NCBI GenBank assembly: GCA_019187405.1
Contig: JABAQZ010000027.1
Location: 39,610 to 103,609, forward strand
Direction: 5' to 3'
Length of the DNA: 64,000 bases
DNA from: Ignavibacteria bacterium
GTDB taxonomy: Bacteria > Bacteroidota > Ignavibacteria > Tepidaquicellales > Tepidaquicellaceae
The notes beneath the pieces were generated by a model, which was not told the DNA's origin, did no database searches, and saw only the letters and a program-made list of their open reading frames with translations. This document shows, piece by piece, positions 57,897-64,000 of the stretch (position 1 is the first letter of the stretch; every line of letters starts with the position of its first letter). The position numbers and the translations under genes are program-made.

Positions 57897-58306
57897 GTGT
57901 TCAAAAGAAGAAAAAAGAATAATTCCGGAAGCGTCAGCTTCCGGATTTTCAATAAGCACCGTGGTAAATACAAAGTCAAAAAACAATTGAGTGCGCTTTT
58001 GATAATCAAGAAATTGTTTTTATAGAATATCAAGCACGTAAAGAGATTATCGAAATCAAAAACAACCATCACTTTTTGTTAATAAGGAATATGCATTTCT
58101 TGAAGTTTTTAAAATCGTTTTCTAATGCGGATATGCATGGGGCAGGTCCGGTGATGGTATATGGGTTTGTTTATGACAGCATTGGCTATAATGCTATCAA
58201 TGAAAATTTATTTAATCTTTTGGTTATAAACCGATTAACATATTGGGCAGCAAGCTCAAGACAACAGTCTATCTCAGCAGTTATTTTAATTTATAACAAA
58301 TTATAA
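57897..58306 (+). pseudogene. IS1634-family (IS4-like) transposase N-terminal remnant, frameshifted and 3'-truncated
   Basis: Frame 1: VFKRRKKNNSGSVSFRIFNKHRGKYKVKKQLSA.. stops at 58025. A second frame continues ..FDNQEIVFIEYQARKEIIEI...VMVYGFVYDSIGYNAINENLFNLLVINRL.. The pattern resembles the N-terminus of IS1634-type transposases (..KNKSG.vSVQvi.K..GKYK..KTIGSS.D..EI.. then ..iyd.iGF..i.d.lf..Lv..Rl..). Only ~135 of the ~500+ codons remain. Confidence 0.55.
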
Positions 58307-58322
58307 AAGGACAAGTGTCCTT
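58296..58322 (-). terminator. Hairpin overlapping the stop of the BNR/T9SS gene
   Basis: AAGGAC-aagt-GTCCTT at 58307-58322, followed on the minus strand by T-rich sequence. Confidence 0.4.
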
Positions 58323-60807
58323 ATTTAATCAAAAGCATACTCTTCGAATAAACAGATTTATCGGTGATCAATTTATAAAAATAAATTCCCGATGAATACC
58401 TTTCCGCATAGAAATTAAACTCATAACTTCCTGCAGTAAGCAGTCTGCCGAATGCCGATTCGATTTCGTTACCGAGTAAGTCATAAATTTTCAGCGTAAC
58501 AAATCCTTTTTCAGGAATTTCGAATTTAATGGTAGTTGAAGGATTAAACGGATTCGGGAAATTCTGATAAAGTTTATAATCAGTTATATGTGAATTTTCT
58601 TCGTTTATACTTACAAGCCCGCTAACGTCAAATTTATAACATCCTCTTCCATAAGTTGCTGCAAGTAAAACTTTTGGTCCTTCTTTATACTTTAAGTCAT
58701 TTATTTCAATATTTGGAAGTCCGCTGTTAAACGAAACCCATGTCGAACCTTCATCAGTTGATTTATAAATTCCGAGATCGGTTCCGGCAAAGATCATTTT
58801 TGGAGTGAGATGTCTTACGGCAATTGAATTGACGGGAATGTTGGGAAGATTACCCGTTATGCTGAACCAGTTCATGCCTCCGTTTGTAGTTTTGTAAACA
58901 TGCTTGTCGGCAGTAAATCCGGTAAATGTCGCATAGCATACATCATCATTTGCATGGTCAACCCATAAGTCGCTAACGTATGGATAACCGGTTTGAGTTG
59001 TCCAATTGGTTCCGTTGTTTGATGTAACAAAAATTTTTCCGTTGCTTGTGCCGAGATAAATTTTGTCAGTGTTGATTTTACTGATGCCGATTGCCGAAAT
59101 ACTTCCGCTTATTACTGAAGTAGCGGCTATTTGTGTCCAGCCTGAGGAGGTAGTCGCAGTTTTAATGTTTGCCGTTTTCCAGACATTTGCTCTACCAAAA
59201 ACTACCGTATTTGGATCTCCCGGAGCCATTTCATAAGGATTGTAAAATAATCCTCCTGAAGATCCGCTTGGAGTTATGTTTGTAAATGAAACTCCGTAAT
59301 TCGTCGAACGCTGAATCGAACCGTTCACATACTGTCCATAAACATAATTCGTATTTTCCGGATCAACAATAGTGTAACCTCCGTCACCTGTAGATCTCTG
59401 TATCCAGACCACTCCGTTATTGGTGCTTGTCTGCTTGTTGTTATCCTGACAACCTCCGTAAAGCTTGTTTAAATCTGAAGGGTCATAATCAGCGCTTTTA
59501 TACTGAAGTGTGGAAATCTTTTCGTTTAAGTCGGACCAAGTGTCTGCATTGTTTGTTGACTTATAAACGCCTCCGTCCGAGCAGCAAAACAGAACGTTGT
59601 CTCTGTAAGTAAGGTAATGAATGTCTGCATGGGAAAAACTCAATGGATTGGATGTTGACCATGCGCTTTTTTTGGTTAAAGTAACTCCGCCGTTAGTTGA
59701 TACATATACATCGAGTCCGCCAACGACAACTCCTTCCGGATTGCCTGCAATAACGGTTACGGCATTATCATACCAGCCCTGAGAACTCATGTAATTTGTA
59801 GAAGAGTTTTGCAAAGTCCAATTGTCTCCGCCGTTTGTGGTTCTGTATAATCCCAGCAACGAGCCGCTTGATGAAGCAATGCTTGCATAAATATATTCGG
59901 GATTATCTTTTGAAATTGCGAGTTGAGTTCTTCTGCCGGCTGATGTATTTAATCCGTTTGTTAAAAGAGTCCAAATAATTCCGCCGTTTGTGGTTTTATA
60001 AATCTGGCTTGTGACATTACCTGATGCAGCGTAAAGAATTTGAGGATTAACAGGATGTATAATTAGCGAAGTAGAATTCAGAACGAGAAAGTTTGTCCAG
60101 TTAAGTCCTGCATTTGTGGATTTAAACACTCCAAGATTTCCGGTACAATAGACATTGTTTGTATTTGTATGATCAATGACAATTTCCGCAATGTATGAGC
60201 CGACATCAGCGGTTGTTGCAATCTTTGTCCAGCTAATTCCTCCGTTTGTAGTTTTATAAATTCCGTCTCCGTATTGACTGTCGCCGGAATAATTCAGTTC
60301 GCCCGTTCCATAGTAAAGAATATCCGGATTAAGCGGATCGATTTCTATGTCGCCGCTGGCAAGTGATCCGAGATTATCCGTAAGCTGAAACCAGTTAATG
60401 CCGCCGTCGGTAGTTTTCCATACTCCTCCTTGTGCCGCTGCAATATAAATTATATTTTCATTTGTAGGATGAAAGGCAATTGAGTTTGTCCTTCCGGATA
60501 TGTAATTATCATTAGTCAGAGCATAAAACATTCCCGTTGGATTTACGCTTTGCCAGCTTAATCCTGAAGTAGGGCTTCCCGGCAGGTTTCTGTCTTCCTG
60601 CATGGCGAACATCTGCTTTACCGCTTTTTCTCTTGCACCCGTGGGAACCTTCTTTCCCGGACCGCCTGCGCGTCTTTCGGCATAATAATTTTGGCGATCG
60701 AGTATCGATTCGCTCGATTCATTTTCCTCATTACTTTCCTGAGAAATAATATTTTCTGTAAAAATAAATACCAAGATAAATGCGAGTGTCAGATACAGTG
60801 ATTTCAT
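58321..60807 (-). CDS. BNR/sortilin(VPS10)/GH74-like multi-propeller protein with T9SS C-terminal sorting domain
   Basis: Signal peptide, about 12 (S/T)TNGGxxW Asp-box repeats, and a C-terminal ..YQNFPNPFNPSTTIKFEIP...GIYFYKLITDKSVYSKSMLLIK. Confidence 0.8.
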   Translation of the reverse strand: MKSLYLTLAFILVFIFTENIISQESNEENESSESILDRQNYYAERRAGGPGKKVPTGAREKAVKQMFAMQEDRNLPGSPTSGLSWQSVNPTGMFYALTNDNYISGRTNSIAFHPTNENIIYIAAAQGGVWKTTDGGINWFQLTDNLGSLASGDIEIDPLNPDILYYGTGELNYSGDSQYGDGIYKTTNGGISWTKIATTADVGSYIAEIVIDHTNTNNVYCTGNLGVFKSTNAGLNWTNFLVLNSTSLIIHPVNPQILYAASGNVTSQIYKTTNGGIIWTLLTNGLNTSAGRRTQLAISKDNPEYIYASIASSSGSLLGLYRTTNGGDNWTLQNSSTNYMSSQGWYDNAVTVIAGNPEGVVVGGLDVYVSTNGGVTLTKKSAWSTSNPLSFSHADIHYLTYRDNVLFCCSDGGVYKSTNNADTWSDLNEKISTLQYKSADYDPSDLNKLYGGCQDNNKQTSTNNGVVWIQRSTGDGGYTIVDPENTNYVYGQYVNGSIQRSTNYGVSFTNITPSGSSGGLFYNPYEMAPGDPNTVVFGRANVWKTANIKTATTSSGWTQIAATSVISGSISAIGISKINTDKIYLGTSNGKIFVTSNNGTNWTTQTGYPYVSDLWVDHANDDVCYATFTGFTADKHVYKTTNGGMNWFSITGNLPNIPVNSIAVRHLTPKMIFAGTDLGIYKSTDEGSTWVSFNSGLPNIEINDLKYKEGPKVLLAATYGRGCYKFDVSGLVSINEENSHITDYKLYQNFPNPFNPSTTIKFEIPEKGFVTLKIYDLLGNEIESAFGRLLTAGSYEFNFYAERYSSGIYFYKLITDKSVYSKSMLLIK

Positions 60808-60831
60808 TTTACTAAAATTAAATTTTTTATT

Positions 60832-63800
60832 TCAGTTTTTAAAAACAGATTTGCCGGATTTCTTTTTCTTTACAGATCCGTTTCCGTTTTTCGAATAAAC
60901 AAAATTCGGCAGTTTTAAAAGCGGTTTATTGTCAAACTTTGGCAATACAACAGGTTTCTTTTTCAGCTGTTCGAGAGTAACAGATATAGCTTTATCGAGC
61001 TGAGGGTCTTTCTTCTTTACGAAATCCTGCGGTGTGATGTCAACTTCAATGTCCGGATCAGTTCCGTAATTCTCAACTTTCCAACCGACATCTTTCATAT
61101 AAAATGCATACTCTGGCTGCGTAGTCATTGTACCGTCAGCAAGCGATAGCCGCGGATTAATTCCCACAACACCACCCCAAGTTCTTTTGCCAACAAGAGT
61201 TCCCAGTTTCATCTGCTTAAAGTTATGACTGAAAATATCACCGTCAGAGCCTGCATGTTCGTCTGTCAGCGCAACTATGGGACCTGCTACGCTATGATTC
61301 GGATAAGTATTCATCGTACCCCATCTCGATACATCATAAGCAATTTGCTTTCGGGAAAGTTTTTCCAGGAGCAATTCCGAGACATGACCGCCGCGGTTGT
61401 TTCTTAAATCCACAATCAAACCTTCTTTGTTTGACTCATGTAAGTAATACCTGTGAAACTCCGAAAAACCTGACGGACCCATATCCGGAATGTGAACATA
61501 CCCAAGTTTTCCTTTTGATTTTTTGTGAACGTATTCAAGATTTTTGTCAACCCATTCCCTGTACCTGACTTCATAATCTGTTGCAATGGTTCTGACACTG
61601 TATGTCTTTACTTCACCCGTTCCTGCTTTCTTGACTGTAAGACTAATGATATTCTTCGCCTGATTGACCAAAAGTTCACCCGGAGTTATTTCCTTTGTCA
61701 GCTTTTCACCGTTAATGGAAATCAGATAATCACCTTCGCTGAAATCAGTTCCAATAGTCCGAAGCGGAGAATCTTTTTTCCATGAATCACCGTTTGCAAT
61801 GTGGACTATCCTGTAAGCATTTTCGTTTTCATCGAATTCAAAATCAGCAGCAAGATTACCCAGCTTGTAATTCGGAACTGGCTTGTAATCGCCGCCCATT
61901 TCATAAGCGTGTGAAGTTCCAAGCTCGCCCTGCATCTCCCAAATCAAATCGGAAAACTCGGATCTTGTTGCAACTTTATCGAGCAGCGGGAGATATCTTT
62001 TGTGAACCTGATTCCAGTCAACTCCAGACATATCCGGAGTCCAGAAATGTTCTTTCTGCAATCTCCATGCTTCATTATACATTTGCTTCCATTCACTTGA
62101 TGGATCAATATTTACTTTCACTCTATTCATGTCGATCCAGTCGCTTTTACCTTTGTAAAATTCTGCCTCTTCCATTGAATGAATATCGTGATTTTGTTTC
62201 AGAACTTTAGAGTCAATGAACAGTTTATCTTCCTGCCGGTAGATGAGATTTTTACCATTCATTGAAACCTTGAAGCTTTTAATTTTTTTTGTAATTTGTT
62301 CGATCTTCTGAGTTTTGAAGTCAAACATCTCGAGAGCTTCGTCAGATGGATGTTTTTCCCAGTACCAATGCTCGAGCGCGCCTTTAATTGGTTCACGGCT
62401 GTAAAGCAGTCCGTCCTTTACTGCGGCAATTTGAAAATAATTTTTTTCCGGAAGAGGAAATGATATTATTCTTTCGGTAATTCCTTCAAAGTCTATCTTA
62501 ATCCCTTCTTTTTCTTTTTTCTTACTTTTATCCTTATGTTTGTGTCTGTGATTAAATAATTTTTCATACTCATGAGTAATCGGCGATGGAACATCTTTTC
62601 TTAGTGTGACCAGATAAGGTCTTACACCGAGATTAAATCCCAGTTGGAAGTAACTTGAGTCATAAATGGGATTGTATTCACGTTGTGAAAGGAAGTAGAT
62701 GTATCTTCCGTCCGGGTCGAATACAGGCTGTGTATCATGGAATCCCGAAGGAGTAATCTGTCTTGAAATTTCTTCGTCAAGACTGTAAATGAATACCGCT
62801 TTTAAAAAATGCATGTCTGACATGCTGTAAACAATCCATTTTCCGTCAGGCGAAAAACCGAAATCCTCAATTCTTTCAAAATTGCTTCGTGCAATTTTTT
62901 TAACTGTATCTTTTTCCAGATCGATAAGAAACAATTCATACCGGTTGTTTGATACAGCAATTTTTAATTCTTTCGGAGAAACTTTTAAATTGGCAATAAT
63001 GCCTGCGCTGAAATTTTTCAGTCTCTTGATTTCTTTTTTGCCGTCTTTGATACAATGAATTTCAATTGATTCGTTTCCCGTATCGTCTGAAACAGTTACA
63101 AGATTTTCATTGTCATGAAGCCACTGTGTCAGCCGGTATCTTACACCATGAGATTTTCCCAGCTGATAAACAGAGCCTTCCCAGTTTGAAAAGTAAAATG
63201 ATTTACCTCTTGATGTTACTGTTACAGAGCTGCCTTCAGGACTAATATTGTAATACTCGAGATATTTTCCTGCATCGACAAATTTTCTCTGCTTCTGTAT
63301 TTCAGGACTGTAATATTTTATTTCTGCTTTTCTTTCACTTACTTCATTAATATCATAAACATAAATCTCTGCTCCGCAGTGATACACAATTTTTCTGCCG
63401 TCGCCTGTTGCATTCCTTGCATAATATTCGGTGTTTCCGGAAAGACTTTTAATATTTTTTCCGTCAATATCGCAGGAGTATAGTTTTCCAATGCCTTCAT
63501 GGTCGGAGATAAAGTAGATTTTATTTCCGAACCATAGGGGGCTTGCAAGGTTGCCGTTAATTTTTTGAAGAAACTTTTCGAATTTTCCGTTTCCTTTTTT
63601 GTCAATCCAGAATACGCCCGCTGTTCCTCCTTTATATCTTTTCCATCTTGCGGGATCGAGAGTATTTCTTCCAAGCAAAACTCCGCCTTTAGGACCGAAT
63701 GCAATATTATTTGCCAACCCGCAGGGAATTATTTCTGGAAGTCCTCCTTTTATGGGTACTGCATAAAGCATATTATATCTTGTAAATGCCTGTCCGGCAT

Positions 63801-64000
63801 CTGAAGAAAAAATCACAGCGCTTCCGTCAGGCATCCAGCCTTTTACGCTTGTGTTTCTTCCGATATAAGTTAACCGTTTATTGCATCCGCCTTCTGACGG
63901 AATAATGTAAACATCGTTTTCTCCTTCCTCTTTACCTGTAAATGCAATAAACCTTCCGTCGGGTGAGTAATGGGGATTTGATACTTCACCTGAATTTGAC
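60832..64000 (-). CDS. Tricorn-protease-like protein (beta-propellers, PDZ, S41 peptidase), 5' end beyond the window
   Basis: The ORF continues upstream of the track's Met at 63834; own translation to the window edge gives ..HYSPDGRFIAFTGKEEGENDVYIIPSEGG... Repeated SPDG/WD-like propeller blades, a PDZ-like ..GDYLISINGEKL.., and S41-type ..LIVDLRNNRGGHVSE.. and ..LTDEHAGSDGDIFS... Confidence 0.85.
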   Translation of the reverse strand, partial: SNSGEVSNPHYSPDGRFIAFTGKEEGENDVYIIPSEGGCNKRLTYIGRNTSVKGWMPDGSAVIFSSDAGQAFTRYNMLYAVPIKGGLPEIIPCGLANNIAFGPKGGVLLGRNTLDPARWKRYKGGTAGVFWIDKKGNGKFEKFLQKINGNLASPLWFGNKIYFISDHEGIGKLYSCDIDGKNIKSLSGNTEYYARNATGDGRKIVYHCGAEIYVYDINEVSERKAEIKYYSPEIQKQRKFVDAGKYLEYYNISPEGSSVTVTSRGKSFYFSNWEGSVYQLGKSHGVRYRLTQWLHDNENLVTVSDDTGNESIEIHCIKDGKKEIKRLKNFSAGIIANLKVSPKELKIAVSNNRYELFLIDLEKDTVKKIARSNFERIEDFGFSPDGKWIVYSMSDMHFLKAVFIYSLDEEISRQITPSGFHDTQPVFDPDGRYIYFLSQREYNPIYDSSYFQLGFNLGVRPYLVTLRKDVPSPITHEYEKLFNHRHKHKDKSKKKEKEGIKIDFEGITERIISFPLPEKNYFQIAAVKDGLLYSREPIKGALEHWYWEKHPSDEALEMFDFKTQKIEQITKKIKSFKVSMNGKNLIYRQEDKLFIDSKVLKQNHDIHSMEEAEFYKGKSDWIDMNRVKVNIDPSSEWKQMYNEAWRLQKEHFWTPDMSGVDWNQVHKRYLPLLDKVATRSEFSDLIWEMQGELGTSHAYEMGGDYKPVPNYKLGNLAADFEFDENENAYRIVHIANGDSWKKDSPLRTIGTDFSEGDYLISINGEKLTKEITPGELLVNQAKNIISLTVKKAGTGEVKTYSVRTIATDYEVRYREWVDKNLEYVHKKSKGKLGYVHIPDMGPSGFSEFHRYYLHESNKEGLIVDLRNNRGGHVSELLLEKLSRKQIAYDVSRWGTMNTYPNHSVAGPIVALTDEHAGSDGDIFSHNFKQMKLGTLVGKRTWGGVVGINPRLSLADGTMTTQPEYAFYMKDVGWKVENYGTDPDIEVDITPQDFVKKKDPQLDKAISVTLEQLKKKPVVLPKFDNKPLLKLPNFVYSKNGNGSVKKKKSGKSVFKN

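Noticed and set aside
57923-57950. Perfect 9-bp-stem hairpin TCCGGAAGC-gtc-AGCTTCCGGA, initially read as the terminator of the BNR/dockerin gene
   Set aside because: It lies inside the transposase remnant, where it encodes ..NSGSVSFR.., a conserved-looking part of the IS1634-type N-terminus. It is also 160 bp beyond the stop. A terminator role is possible but not needed to explain it.

Overview
This is a visibly AT-rich 64-kb bacterial chromosomal window; GC content was not computed. Three proteins carry T9SS-type C-terminal sorting tails (..YPNPFNPST..), alongside TonB-dependent receptors and several ECF sigma factors. Together these point to an FCB-group, Ignavibacteria-like organism; that placement is inference only. 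Most of the window is housekeeping or envelope content: class II RNR nrdJ, pyrD, rpiA, a csp gene, LOG, FKBP, PhzF, an M42 peptidase, an SDR, tRNA-Pro and a tricorn-like protease. All calls were made by eye from the translations and sequence, with no database searches. The main findings:
- **Palindromic element (30042-30384):** a ~343-bp composite palindrome capped by G/C homopolymers lies next to a decayed cytochrome-c maturation locus. That locus has an intact CxxxY-type ccmE and a ccmF reduced to an N-terminal stub with an in-frame TAG.
- **Four-helix-bundle cassette (41355-41948):** a '23S-IVS protein' type gene has an in-frame TGA where the family has a conserved Trp. It is flanked by inverted arrays of ATTACnAAT-like repeats and sits between two kynurenine-pathway genes (3-hydroxyanthranilate dioxygenase and ACMSD).
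- **Unusual operon (1641-4443):** a membrane PAP2-like domain fused to a type I HsdR C-terminal tail (EcoEI_R_C-like) is followed by an ECF sigma factor and a ChrR-like anti-sigma factor.
- **TPP riboswitch (938-1012):** it has a terminator-type expression platform and precedes a TonB-dependent receptor.
- **Type II R-M island (34613-36469):** a strikingly AT-rich two-gene restriction-modification pair.
- **Surface-protein cluster (49002-60807):** a ~2045-aa internally duplicated beta-helix T9SS protein, a BNR/dockerin protein, a BNR/T9SS protein and a frameshifted, truncated IS1634-like transposase remnant.
- **Fused flavoprotein (36470-40186):** a 1238-aa NfnB/GltD-like plus NfnA/PyrK-like protein.

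No CRISPR array, reverse transcriptase, integrase or rRNA was seen.
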